A stretch of 64,000 nt of DNA. Source: Macrostomum hystrix. Lineage: Eukaryota; Animalia; Platyhelminthes. Each line of letters begins with the position of its first letter. Within the stretch, counting starts at the first letter, position 1. Where the stretch lies: positions 3,162,001-3,226,000 of the forward strand of contig CATNEN010000034.1 of assembly GCA_950097015.1 (NCBI GenBank), read 5' to 3'. The notes below the pieces were generated by a model. It worked only from the letters and a program-made list of their open reading frames with translations. It had not been told where the DNA came from and searched no databases. Below are positions 32,453-45,030 of the stretch, one piece after another. A program made the position numbers and the translations under genes.

Positions 32453-33082
32453 TTAAACGCATCGCCACCAATAGCCGAAGCAAGGGAACCCAGCCGCGAC
32501 GCCCCGCTGACCGCGTACTCTACTGCCCACAACCCAGAGTCCGCTGACGCCGCAGACTTCGGAGCGGCGGCCGCCTGCGCCGTCGCAGAAGTCGCCGCAG
32601 TGCAGCCGAACATACCTATCGTATTTTTGCTCCACCGACAGTCTGGCGTCGAACAGATCCTCTGACAGTTTAACAAGTCGTCTCCTGGGATGCTGTTTTT
32701 GAGGCGGTGTTGAATGTGTCGGCGTTGGGGGAGGCGGCTTGTCCAGCTTATCGGAATCCGTCGGAGATATTACAGGCGGCTCATCGCCGAGGTCTGCCAG
32801 ATTTCGACGCGATCCGCTCATTTTTCGCTGATCCAGAGCCTGCATGGCGGCGCGCCAGTCGATGCCACCGCCTCCACCTCCGGCTTCACCTCCGTTTCCG
32901 CTTCCGCCTCCGCTTCCGCCTCCGCTTCCACCTCCGCTTCCGCCTCCGCTTCTGCCTCCGCTTCCGCGTCCGCTTCCGCCCCGTGTTCCTCGGCCTCCGC
33001 CTGTAACCAATAGTTCCAACTTCGATAAGTCGCCATTGATTATTTTTCGCCGCTCTAATGTCGCTGCTGCTTTCGTCTGCAT
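32453..33082 (-). CDS. Candidate orphan ORF (209 aa) with a Gly/Ser linker and Cys-containing C-terminus
   Basis: GC-rich ORF, ATG at 33082, TATA-like TATTTATA ~110 nt upstream; no family recognised. Confidence 0.35.
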   Translation of the reverse strand: MQTKAAATLERRKIINGDLSKLELLVTGGGRGTRGGSGRGSGGRSGGGSGGGSGGGSGGGSGNGGEAGGGGGGIDWRAAMQALDQRKMSGSRRNLADLGDEPPVISPTDSDKLDKPPPPTPTHSTPPQKQHPRRRLVKLSEDLFDARLSVEQKYDRYVRLHCGDFCDGAGGRRSEVCGVSGLWVVGSRVRGQRGVAAGFPCFGYWWRCV

Positions 33083-33509
33083 TTTGTTGCATAAAAAACT
33101 GCGTAGCAAAAAGTCTTTAATAATCTGTTTTCCAGTTCAGATACTTTCTGTTGCCTTCGTAGTCCACCATCTCACGTCGACTCCGACGGGCTATAAATAG
33201 TGAGAGCCGATGCTACTTGAGCAGGTATGAATATTCATAAAAGCTTGAGTTCTTCCTAACCAAACTCCGCCTGATGTGCTGTGCGCAACAGCGCTTGCAG
33301 GGTTGAATCCAATAATATGACTGTCAGCTCAGTGGACTCAACTATATAAAAATATTCAATTGTGCACTTGCCATTTCGGTGTGCGACCAGCAACAATAGC
33401 TTGGACCCGGGCTTCACTTCCGATTCTCTCCGTAGCTATCGCTCTCATTTTATGACTTGAATTACTGTGCCTTTATCGCCATTTCATTTGCAATAATTTA
33501 TAAACACAT

Positions 33510-34790
33510 CTCTACCCCACCGCCACTCTCTACCTCCTCCCTCTCTCCCTCTCACGCCTCTCTCTAACTCTTCCCACCACTCTCTACCTCCCCCCTCTCC
33601 CTCTCACGCCTCTCTCTACCCCTCCCACCACTCTCTACCTCCCCCCTCTCCCTCTCACGCCTCTCTCTACCCCTCCCACCACTCTCTACCTCCCCCTCTC
33701 TCCCTCTCACGCCTCTCTCTACCTCCCCCCGCCCCTCTCTACCTCCCCCCGCCTCTCTCTACCTCCCCCGCCTCTCTCTACCTCCCCCCTCTCTCCCTCT
33801 CACGCCTCTCTCTACCTCTCCCGCCACTCTCTACCTCCCCCCTCTCTCCCTCTCACGCCTCTCTCTACCTCCCCCTCTCTACCTCTCCTGCCTCTCTCTA
33901 CCTCCCCCGCCTCTCTCTCCCTCCCCTGCCTCTCTCTACCTCCCCCGCCTCTCTCTACCTCCCCCGCCTCTCTCTACCTCCCCCCTCTCTCCCTCTCACG
34001 CCTCTCTCTACCTCTCCCGCCACTCTCTACCTCCCCCTCTCTACCTCTCCTGCCTCTCTCTACCTCTCCCACCTCTCTCAGCCTCCCCCTCTCTCCCTCT
34101 CACGCCTCTCTCTACCTCTCCTGCCTCTCTCTACCTCCCCCGCCTCTCTCTACCTCCCCCGCCTCTCTCTCCCTCCCCCGCCTCTCTCTACCTCTCACGC
34201 CTCTCTCTACCTCCCCCGCCTCTCTCTACCTCCCCCGCCTCTCTCTACCTCTCCCGCCTCTCTCTCCCTCTCCTGCCTCTCTCTACCTCCCCCGCCTCTC
34301 TCTACCTCCCCCGCCTCTCTCTCCCTCCCCCGCCTCTCTCTCCCTCTCACGCCTCTCTCTACCTCCCCCGCCTCTCTCTACCTCCCCCGCCTCTCTCTCC
34401 CTCCCCCGCCTCTCTCTCCCTCTCACGCCTCTCTCTACCTCCCCCGCCTCTCTCTACCTCCCCCTCTCTCCCTCTAACGCCTCTCTCTACCTCTCCCGTC
34501 TCTCTCTACCTCTCCCGTCTATCTCTACCTCTCCCGCCTCTCTCTACCTCTCCCGTCTCTCTCTACCTCTCCCGTCTCTCTCTACCTCTCCCGCCTCTCT
34601 CTACCTCTCCCGTCTCTCTCTACCTCTCCCGCCTCTCTCTACCTCTCCCGTCTCTCTCTACCTCTCCCGTCTCTCTCTACCTCTCCCGTCTCTCTCTACC
34701 TCTCCCGCCTCTCTCTACCTCTCCCGCCTCTCTCTACCTCTCCCGTCTCTCTCTACCTCTCCCATCTCTCTCTACCTCTCCTGCCTCTTA
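33510..34790. repeat. CT-rich degenerate minisatellite (ctctctctacctcccccgc-like)
   Basis: Low-complexity pyrimidine array. Confidence 0.9.
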
Positions 34791-35683
34791 CTCCGATCTG
34801 TCTCACTTTCCCTCGGAAACACAAACAAATATTTGGCTTTCTTCATTGACTGCTTAATGACAAAAATTCGTAAATATATTTTTTATAGTTCGCACAGAAG
34901 CAATAATAAGCAACAAATAAAATCTGTTTCCTGATGAAACAGCGGTTGCAACAATCAAGACAGGATTGTGAGATAAAGAAGCTGCGTTACTTTTACATAA
35001 AATATTTAACATGAAAAAATGCTAAGCACAGAGTTTTTCAATTATTCAATTTCAAAATCCTTGTCAAGGGAATCTTTTCGCATCTTTCATTTTTCATACT
35101 TTATATAGTACTCTAAGTAGAAGCCTGGACATAGAGATTATTTTCATTAAAAACATCCAATTTTAATGTTGTGAAGTTTTTCATTGCTAAAAGATAGCTT
35201 AAATAAAAACACAGCATTATTGTCAAAACGCTAACAAAATACATAATACGAGTACAAACATAATTCGCAGATTATTGCCAAAAAGCAAGACTAAAAGCAA
35301 CCAAATATTCAATATTATTTCAATTATAGAATAATGTTTAATTAGTGTATTGCGTCACATTATTAAGTGTTTAGAATGGCAAAGTGGCATTGGGTTATGT
35401 GTGTAAGTTAAATGACAATAACAGAGAATTAAACACTGGTGTCTAGCAAATCCGGAACTCTATGACTCAGTTGCACTCAATTCCGATTCCGAAGTGGCGA
35501 GGTATTTTCTTTGCTCAGATTCGATGACAAATACTGCTCATTTAATTAATTAATTGATTGAGCCTTAGCAACCGTTTCGAGCTCGTGACCCTACAAGCCA
35601 GAGCCGGGTTTGTGTAACCGATCTGCCCCGGTTTCGGTTAATAAGTTCTAGATCCCGTCCTTAAGTAGAATGTGGATAATCAA

Positions 35684-35787
35684 TTAATAGGCCAGTAGTC
35701 GGATGATGGTCGGCATAGCAACAGCCAGGGCCAGGACCCAGCAGCTGTGCACACTGGGCACCAGGGCTGCATTGGGGCTGCCAGTCT
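35684..35787 (-). CDS. Ig/FN3 adhesion protein, last exon: GPI-anchor signal
   Basis: tttttatag|35787 (phase 1); E-TGSPNAALVPSVHSCWVLALAVAMPTIIRLLAY-stop, i.e. small residues, spacer, hydrophobic tail and no cytoplasmic domain. Confidence 0.7.
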
Positions 35788-36369
35788 CTATAAAAAGGTA
35801 CAGTTTAATGTCATAATTTTTTAACTAAATACTAATAAATATTAGTCTGAAAACCTACCTCGGTATTTCGGATTGTTCGGGTCGTTGAAGGTCTTGTCTG
35901 AAATTTTTGTTCAAATTGGAAAATGTACTTTTAGAATACTATTGCCCGTTTCGTCGAAACACTTCTTGGAAAAAAAACTATTGGGGATTTTTACAACGCA
36001 ATTGCTTATGGAACGGGATTTCCCTAACTAAAAACCGCGAGCTGGAAATCCCCACCCAACCGTGCTTAATTAGGATTTCCCTACGAAATAAAAGTCCATT
36101 TGAGTTTCCCAAAACCCGTTTGTAACTAAGTGGGAATCCACGACCCTAAGAAAAAACTTAGGATTCTCCTACCCAATAGGTTATTAATTGGGATTTCCAT
36201 TCCCTACAAAAACAACTAGCAACTAGCAGGGAATCCCCTATCCGATTGTCTACTGATTAGGATTTCCCTCCTTTTTAAGTGTGACTCGCTGGGATTTCCC
36301 TCCCTTTTGGGTAACTCATCGTAATTTTCCTGCCTACTGGATGTGATTCGTTTAGATTTCCCTGCCTGT

Positions 36370-36945
36370 TGAGTATGAATTATTGGGATTTCCCTACCTT
36401 TTGAGCATGAATTATTGGGATTTCCCTGCCTTTTGAGTATGAATTATTGGGATTTCCCTACCTTTTGAGTATGAATTATTGGGATTTACCTGCCTTTTGG
36501 GTATGAATTATTGGGATTTCCCTACCTTTTGAGTATGAATTATTGGGATTTCCCTACCTTTTGAGTATGAATTATTGGGATTTACCTGCCTTTTGGGTAT
36601 GAATTATTGGGATTTCCCTACCTTTTGAGTATGAATTATTGGGATTTCCCTGCCTTTTGGGTATGAATTATTGGGATTTCCCTACCTTTTGGGTATGAAT
36701 TATTGGGATTTCCCTACCTTTTGAGTATGAATTATTGGGATTTCCCTACCTTTTGAGTATGAATTATTGGGATTTCCCTACCTTTTGAGTATGAATTATT
36801 GGGATTTCCCTGCCTTTTGGGTATGAATTATTGGGATTTCCCTGCCCTTTGAGTATGAATTATTGGGATTTCCCTGCCTTTTGAGTATGAATTATTGGGA
36901 TTTCCCTGCCTTTTGGGTATGAATTATTGGGATTTCCCTGCCTTT
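36370..36945. repeat. 32-bp minisatellite (tatgaattattgggatttccctaccttttgag), ~17 copies
   Basis: Direct periodicity. Confidence 0.95.
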
Positions 36946-37004
36946 TGGATGTGACTGAGAAGGACTACTCAGGAGTTCTCCTTGCCAGCTACAAAAGTAC
37001 TCAC

Positions 37005-37233
37005 CGCTCTGAGCAGCAGTTCGCACACTGACAGGCGCTGAGAATTCGCTGCATCCGTGCCGATTGCACGCCTTCAGGCTGATGTTGTGCGCAGCCTCCG
37101 GCAGCAGGTTGAACACCACGCCGTTGTGCCGCCGATGCCCGGCCGCCTTGTCGTCCTCCGAGCTCACCATGGCAACCTGGCCAAGACTGACGCCTGGGGC
37201 AAAGCTTGACTCGGTGGTGTTGAGAGCGGTGCC
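37005..37233 (-). CDS. Ig/FN3 adhesion protein exon: second half of FN3
   Basis: VVFNLLPEAAHNISLKACNRHGCSEFSAPVSVRT (FN3 L.P...Y.I.V.A.N..G.S..S pattern); acceptor cggcag|37233 (phase 0), donor 37005|gtgagt (phase 1). Confidence 0.82.
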
Positions 37234-37887
37234 CTGCCGAGGCAATTTATTAAAAGTGAAATATTCAACTAGCAGGACAAAAAACAGCCGCTCACTCACT
37301 CACTCCCCAAATCTCAATAGACTCAAATTATAGTTATCGAGAGAGCGCGAGCCAGAGAACAGTAATGAGAACTCTAAATGGAGATTGATAAAGTGGTCCG
37401 TTGGCAATCCAAAATTCAGGCCTGTCGTGTGAGAACAAAGTTGTGCTCAAGAACTCCGCCCGGCTAACTTGAGCACTCACTCCAGAGGCACTCGAACTCA
37501 TGTGCACAAGCGGGTTATACTAGCGCGTAGTAGTTCTATATAACACATAATGTAGGAGAAATATGATTTCTACTTCTGTAACAAAAATATCGCGAGAGAA
37601 ACGAAAAACAACTGCTGTAGCTCCGCTTGCTTTGAAGGATAATTTCTGCTAGAGGTTGAGCAGCAAGCTTAGTTGAAGTGACTCTCTCAGCTGTTCTAAA
37701 TGACATGCCTAATTACGATCACGTTCCTTCTATACTGCAGCTTGCGAAATGAATGAGCTGAATGTAAGAATTTCAGCAAGCTTCTTACGTCACAATTGCA
37801 TGTTGGAGACTGACATTTGCTTACATTTGCTTGCTGCTGGAATTCACAGACTAAATGGTAGAGAAACCTTAGAGAAACCTCATAAAT

Positions 37888-38597
37888 TACACTTTGACAC
37901 TCGATACATCAAAGCACACTTTGACACTCGATACATCAAAGCACACTTTGACACACGATACATCAAAGCACACTTTGACACACGATACATCAAAGCACAC
38001 TTTGACACACGATACATCAAAGCACACTTTGACACACGATACATCAAAGCACACTTTGACACTCGATACATCAAAGCACACTTTGACACACGATACATCA
38101 AAGCACACTTTGACACTCGATACATCAAAGCACACTTTGACACTCGATACATCAAAGCACACTTTGACACTCGATACATCAAAGCACACTTTGACACACG
38201 ATACATCAATGCACACTTTGACACACGATACATCAAAGCACACTTGGACACACGATACATCAAAGCACACTTGGACACTCGATACATCAAAGCACACTTG
38301 GACACACGATACATCAAAGCACACTTTGACACACGATACATCAAAGCACACTTTGACACTCGATACATCAAAGCACACTTTGACACACGATACATCAAAG
38401 CACACTTTGACACTCGATACATCAAAGCACACTTTGACACTCGATACATCAAAGCACACTTTGACACTCGATATATCAATGCACACTTTGACACTCGATA
38501 CATCAAAGCACACTTTGACACTCGATACATCAATGCACACTTTGACACACGATACATCAAAGCACACTTTGACACTCGATACATCAAAGCACACTTT
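37888..38597. repeat. 27-bp minisatellite (gacactcgatacatcaaagcacacttt), ~26 copies
   Basis: Direct periodicity. Confidence 0.96.
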
Positions 38598-39529
38598 CAC
38601 ACATGAAGCGATTCGACCCTCAATAGGAAAGTCTCTGTGAAGCAGTTGCCACAAATAGGTAGCCGTAGTCATGCCAACGGCCTCTCCAAACACAATACGG
38701 AGGAAATCAGGCTTGTCTGACACAATTTCAGCAAGAAATATTTTTGGCAATTGTTGAGCAGTGGGAGCAATGATTCGGGGATAAGGAGAAGAGGAAGCGA
38801 AATCCCGGCATGGGATTAAGGCGCACTGTCTCTTGCCAAAGTCGGGTATTCATTAACTGACTGCCCGAAGATCTGATTTATTGCCACTCCCGGAGCTCTA
38901 GTTTGATGGGTCGATGGGCCCAACCAGGCTTGAGAGCTCGGGCCTGCCCAACTCACTCTTGAGTCCTATCTACTATCGTTTGAGTTCTCACTTCCGTGTT
39001 GGGCGTAACGGCACACATATATTTATTTATTGCTTCCTATCACTTACCATTCAATTCCTTTTCCAGCCCTCCAATCTTATCTATTTACTAGTTTATATCA
39101 GTCTGAGTCACTGCCTCTGTGGGCGGTTCAGATGCACTTTTACTTAGCGAGAATAGATATTGATATCGCTCTAAACACTGGGAAACAGGGATCTCTTTTC
39201 GACTCGTATTTTTTACCTATATGTAACTATACTGTATTCCTATGCAACTTCCTGTCTTGATGAAAATCTTATGATAGAAAGCTAAGAAGCTATTTTTAGA
39301 AAATCTACTAGGAAAACCACTATAAGTCACGTGACTTATCTGAGCCAATCAGAACTTATGAAACCAAGTTTAACCCTTACACTTCCTGCTAAACTATGCC
39401 GGCGACAAGAAAGTCGCTTTACTTCAGAACAGGCGCCTGAGGCACTTCAGAAGCGGTTCAGTGTTGATTTAAAAAACTACTGAAAATAAACGACTAAACG
39501 CCACGAAGTTTGAACCGTTAGTAAGATTT

Positions 39530-40632
39530 TGAGTCGTTGGAAAAGCGGATGGTTCATTAAAGAAGCCATTGAGTCGTTGGAAAAGCGGATGGTTCATTAA
39601 AGAAGCCATTGAGTCGTTGGAAAAGCGAATGGTTCATTAAAGAAGCCATTGAGTCGTTGGAAAAGCGAATGGTTCATTAAAGAAGCCATTGAGTCGTTGG
39701 AAAAGCGGATGGTTCATTAAAGAAGCCATTGAGTCGTTGGAAAAGCGAATGGTTCATTAAAGAAGCCATTGAGTCGTTGGAAAAGCGGATGGTTCATTAA
39801 AGAAGCCATTGAGTCGTTGGAAAAGCGGATGGTTCATTAAAGAAGCCATTGAGTCGTTGGAAAAGCGGATGGTTCATTAAAGAAGCCATTGAGTCGTTGG
39901 AAAAGCGGATGGTTCATTAAAGAAGCCATTGAGTCGTTGGAAAAGCGAATGGTTCATTAAAGAAGCCATTGAGTCGTTGGAAAAGCGGATGGTTCATTAA
40001 AGAAGCCATTGAGTCGTTGGAAAAGCGAATGGTTCATTAAAGAAGCCATTGAGTCGTTGGAAAAGCGAATGGTTCATTAAAGAAGCCATTGAGTCGTTGG
40101 AAAAGCGGATGGTTCATTAAAGAAGCCATTGAGTCGTTGGAAAAGCGGATGGTTCATTAAAGAAGCCATTGAGTCGTTGGAAAAGCGGATGGTTCATTAA
40201 AGAAGCCATTGAGTCGTTGGAAAAGCGGATGGTTCATTAAAGAAGCCATTGAGTCGTTGGAAAAGCGGATGGTTCATTAAAGAAGCCATTGAGTCGTTGG
40301 AAAAGCGGATGGTTCATTAAAGAAGCCATTGAGTCGTTGGAAAAGCGGATGGTTCATTAAAGAAGCCATTGAGTCGTTGGAAAAGCGGATGGTTCATTAA
40401 AGAAGCCATTGAGTCGTTGGAAAAGCGGATGGTTCATTAAAGAAGCCATTGAGTCGTTGGAAAAGCGGATGGTTCATTAAAGAAGCCATTGAGTCGTTGG
40501 AAAAGCGGATGGTTCATTAAAGAAGCCATTGAGTCGTTGGAAAAGCGGATGGTTCATTAAAGAAGCCATTGAGTCGTTGGAGAAGCGAATGGTTCATTAA
40601 AGAAGCCATTGAGTCGTTGGAAAAGCGGATGA
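39530..40632. repeat. 40-bp minisatellite (gagtcgttggaaaagcggatggttcattaaagaagccatt), ~27 copies
   Basis: Direct periodicity, no spacers. Confidence 0.97.
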
Positions 40633-40836
40633 GTCATCAGAGAAGCAAGATTGAGTCATTAAAAATCGTTAGAAATTTGTTCGAGCAGTTAGAGAGAGAA
40701 GCGTTGAGTCAATAGAGAATTCTTTGAGTAGTTAGACCAGTACTCGTCGTACATTAAGTGTTTAGAGCCTCTATAAAGACGCTTGTCACAGCACTGCCCC
40801 CTGGAGCACATGACAATGGACTTATCAATCACTTAC

Positions 40837-41199
40837 ATCCGGTCTCAGGTAGACAATCTGAATTCTATAGCTGTCAATATTTGCATTGACGTGATGCTGC
40901 CAGGTCAGGTGGTAGCTGTTCCACCAGCTGGTCCTGCCGTCGCTTGTGATGTCCGGTCGCGGCGCCTTCGCTGTCAGAACTATCTCCACGCTGCTCTGGC
41001 CGATACTGTTAGTTGCGATGCAATTTATTCTAGTGAGATTGCGCACTCGATCCAGGTTAGCATACTCCAATCGATACTGGGCGTAGTAACTCTTCGGATC
41101 GTAGCTAATTAGCCGCTTCGGCGAGTCACTGTCCTCAGCAGCCTCTGGTGGATCAGCGCTGCAAGCCAGACTGGGCTCCGGGTTGGCACGAACTCGGAG
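40837..41199 (-). CDS. Ig/FN3 adhesion protein exon: most of the last Ig domain and first half of FN3
   Basis: LRVRANPEPSLAC...INCIATNSIGQSSVEIVL then PRPDI...SYHLTW...IDSYRI; acceptor tttttttgacag|41199, donor 40837|gtaagt, both phase 0. Confidence 0.82.
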
Positions 41200-41227
41200 C
41201 TGTCAAAAAAATAATTAAGATTAATAA

Positions 41228-41416
41228 GGAATGTGCATCTCTTCCGCACTTTTGAATGTACATCTCGGCAATTAGGAATGTACATCTCGGCAATTAGGAA
41301 TGTACATCTCGGCAATTAGGAATGTACATCTCGGCAATTAGGAATGTACATCTCGGCAATTAGGAATGTACATCTCGGCAATTAGGAATGTACATCTCGG
41401 CAATTAGGAATGTACA
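41228..41416. repeat. 22-bp repeat (aggaatgtacatctcggcaatt), ~7 copies
   Basis: Direct periodicity. Confidence 0.9.
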
Positions 41417-41959
41417 AATAGAGAATGAATAATGTACAAATGTGCTTCATTGCGTATTTTCTCGGAAATTGTAGAATAGATAGATAACCAAAAACTCAAA
41501 CTAACCCCGGTATTTAAGTGAAAAATATTGATGGAGAAATCTTTGTTAAAATCTTTCCATCAGCGAGAGGCAGATGAGAACTAGAAAATTTGAGTAGTAG
41601 CTATAAAAAACACGATGACATAAAATTGTTCCGACCAGAAGAGTAATAGGAAAACACTAGAGTGGAAATGGGATCCGTAGAGCCTCGCCCATGCCACCTG
41701 CCCTAGGCCGCAGTTACGCAATGCCCCCCTCTGGCAGCGACTGAGTCTCTGCTTTAAATAAATCTAGCCAACAAACTCGCTATTAGAGTAGGGAAAACAA
41801 GATAGGAGACATGAGAAGCAACATCTGTCAACTTGTTCCTTAATCATCGGCATCAAAATTTGAAAAGGGAAAATAACAAGCTGCGAGTAGTCAATCTATC
41901 TGCAAAAAAAAATAAACTGGTATTTGAATTTACATAAAGAAGAGGCAAAAACAGAGAAA

Positions 41960-42290
41960 GGGAATAAGAGAGAGTGGAAAGAGAAAGAAAGAGAAGGAGA
42001 AAGAGAGACAGAGAGAAAGAGAAAGAGACGGAGAGATACAGCGAGAGACAGAGAGAAATAGAAAGAGACAGAGAGATACAGAGAGAGACAGAGAGAGACA
42101 GACAGAGACAGAGAGAGACAGAGACAGAGACAGACAGAGACAGAGACAGACAGAGACAGAGAGAGACAGAGAGAGACAGACAGAGAGAGACAGAGAGAGA
42201 CCGAGAGAGACAGACAGAGACAGAGACAGACAGAGACAGAGACAGACAGAGACAGAGAGGCAGAGACACAGATAGAGACAGGCAGAGAGA
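41960..42290. repeat. GA/GACA microsatellite
   Basis: Low-complexity agagac repeats. Confidence 0.9.
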
Positions 42291-42699
42291 CACGTTTGAT
42301 TATACTCGTACGTATAAAGCGAGTGAAAAAAATAAGTTCCTTTCCCTAACAAAACTTTGTCCGCATGCCTCGTCCGCTCTCTGCGATGCAGAAGGAGGTC
42401 CGGTGAAGAGGGAGGCGGAGAGATTTCTATGAAATGCAAGGCAATGGAATGAGAGACGGAGCGGTGGGAATTCGAGCACACACAGAGATGGATAGAGTGA
42501 GTAGAGGAGCGGCTGAGTTGTATGCAGAGAAACTCCAGGAAAGCCTGCTCTACAGAGGATACTCACTGCTCTCTCCTCACTGTGCTCATCACTGGCTATC
42601 CCCACCCTAATTGGAGGGAGATGAGTTCGCCAGTCTGATCCTGAGAAGGGAAGGAAGCTATTCTTATCTTCCCTAGGGATCTTACGGTGATGCTCAGCG

Positions 42700-43180
42700 G
42701 TCCATAGTTATCCACAGTTATCATTAGTTATCTATAGTTATCCATTATTATCCATCATTATCCACTATTATCCACTTTATCCATCCTTATCCACAGTTAT
42801 CCATAGTCATCCATAGTTACCCATAGTTATCCATTATTATCCATCATTATCCACTATTATCCACTTTATCCATAGTTATCCATAGTTATCCATAGTCATC
42901 CATAGTTATCCATAGTTATCCATAGTTATCGATAGTCATCCATAGTTATCCATAGTTATCTATAGTTATCCGTAGTTATCCGTAGTTATCCATAGTTATC
43001 CATAGTCATCCATAGTTATCCATAGTTATCCGTAGTTATCCGTAGTTATCCATAGTTATCCATAGTCATCCATAGTTATCCATAGTTATCGATAGTCATC
43101 CATAGTTATCCATAGTTATCTATAGTTATCCGTAGTTATCCGTAGTTATCCATAGTTATTCATAGTTATCCACAGCTATC
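42700..43180. repeat. 10-bp repeat (catagttatc)
   Basis: Direct periodicity. Confidence 0.92.
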
Positions 43181-43464
43181 CCGTGTACTATGATGGACAT
43201 TGGAGGAACTCTCCCCTTATATGCCAGATTTCTAAGATTTCTAAAAATAATAAATTAACTCTCAGCAACTTATATTGCTTGCGCAATCTGATAAAGATAA
43301 TAATAATAATAATTTCATAGTTGAGAGGTGAGGGGTGAGAATAGGCCAAACTTCAGAAACCAAGGGCTCTTTGCTACTATCCAGAGAGCAGTTTAAACAC
43401 TGCGAATAACGTAATGAACGACTACTTGAAAACATAATTACGGAAGCGGTCGTAGTTTAGGCAA

Positions 43465-43615
43465 AAAATAATATTTGCAGGAGGGCTGCGGGCAATGGCG
43501 CATCATTTGGCGACAATCGAACCGACCACAGCCAACGAGGATGCAATTCTGCCCATTTCGCCGATCCCTGAGCTCCCACTCACACAGATGTCATACACAG
43601 GTACATGCGCACAGG
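43465..43615 (-). mobile_element. SINE family A, 3' part
   Basis: Reverse complement reads gagctcagggatcggcgaaatgggcagaattgcatcc...agccctcctgcaaatattat. Confidence 0.65.
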
Positions 43616-44204
43616 TATATTGGCCCTCTTGTGAGAAAATTGTACGAAAAATTGTACGAATCACGTAATCGAACTCAGGGACTGCGGCGCGAGTGTCACG
43701 CGGATAATTGATTCCGCTTCAAAATTCATGGTTGGGGCAATAGAATGGCGCGTAATCAGTTGAGATTTTCTCAATCTCAAAAAGGCGGCGTCTGTTAGCC
43801 ATCGATCAAGTCCGGCTCATCAAGGGATTAAGCAGCGTGGATGAGGAGGAGATGGGAGAATTTTCCACCTAATGAAGGAGAATAAAAGAGCCTCACCTGG
43901 GACACAAGCTGGATGAGAAGATTAAAAATTTTCAGCGAGATTGGCCGAGCAAGATAAGGGCAGTGAAAGGCCGAGCTTAAAAGCTCGCCGAAGATGCGAG
44001 GCGAGGCGGCGAGAGATTGGCGCTGGCTTGCAATTCTTAAGATGGGAGCTGAAATACAAACTGAATAGATTAAATGAATTACATGCAATATGAATGGACA
44101 AAAATAAACTAAGTGGAACAGAAGGGACACAGTGAGGGTGAGAGAGAAAGGATTGAGAATAAAGAAGAGGGACAAAGAGTTTGATGGCTGCGATAGAGGG
44201 ATAC

Positions 44205-45030
44205 AGAGAGACACAGAGAGACAGAAAGAGAGACACGGAGAGACGGAGAGAGTCTGAGATAGACAGAGAGAGACTGAGAGAGACGGAGAGAGACGGAGAG
44301 ATACGGAGAGAGACAGAGAGAGACTGAGAGAGACGGAGAGAGACGGAGAGATACGGAGAGAGACAGAGAGAGACGGAGAGAGACGGAGAGATACGGAGAG
44401 AGACAGAGAGAGACAGAGAGAGACAGAGAGAGACAGAGAGAGACAGAGAGAGACAGAGAGAGACAGAGAGAGACAGAGACAGAGACAGACAGAGACAGAG
44501 AGAGACAGACAGAGAGAGACAGAGAGAGACGGAGAGAGACGGAGAGATACGGAGAGAGACAGAGAGAGACAGAGAGAGACAGAGAGAGACAGAGAGAGAT
44601 GGAGAGATACGGAGAGAGACAGAGAGAGACAGAGAGAGACAGAGAGAGACAGAGAGAGACAGAGAGAGACAGAGAGAGACAGAGAGAGACAGAGAGAGAC
44701 AGAGAGAGACAGAGAGAGACAGAGACAGAGACAGACAGAGACAGAGAGAGACAGACAGAGAGAGACAGAGAGAGACGGAGAGAGACGGAGAGATACGGAG
44801 AGAGACAGAGAGAGACAGAGAGAGACAGAGACAGAGACAGACAGAGACAGAGAGAGACAGACAGAGAGAGTCAGAGAGAGACGGAGAGAGACGGAGAGAT
44901 ACGGAGAGAGACAGAGAGAGACAGAGAGAGACGGAGAGATACGGAGAGAGACAGAGAGAGACAGAGAGAGACAGAGAGATACGGAGAGAGACAGAGAGAG
45001 ACGGAGAGAGACGGATAGAGACAGAGAAGG
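44205..45030. repeat. GA-rich 10-bp repeat (agagagagac / ggagagagac)
   Basis: Direct periodicity. Confidence 0.92.

Noticed and set aside
37749-38750. DTRYIKAHF-repeat ORFs
   Set aside because: A 27-bp array within an intron of the Ig/FN3 gene, open in several frames.
39530-40632. Regular 32-46-bp repeat arrays as possible CRISPR loci (also 6.5, 8.1 and 36.4 kb)
   Set aside because: Units are contiguous with no unique spacers, there are no cas genes, and the context is eukaryotic.
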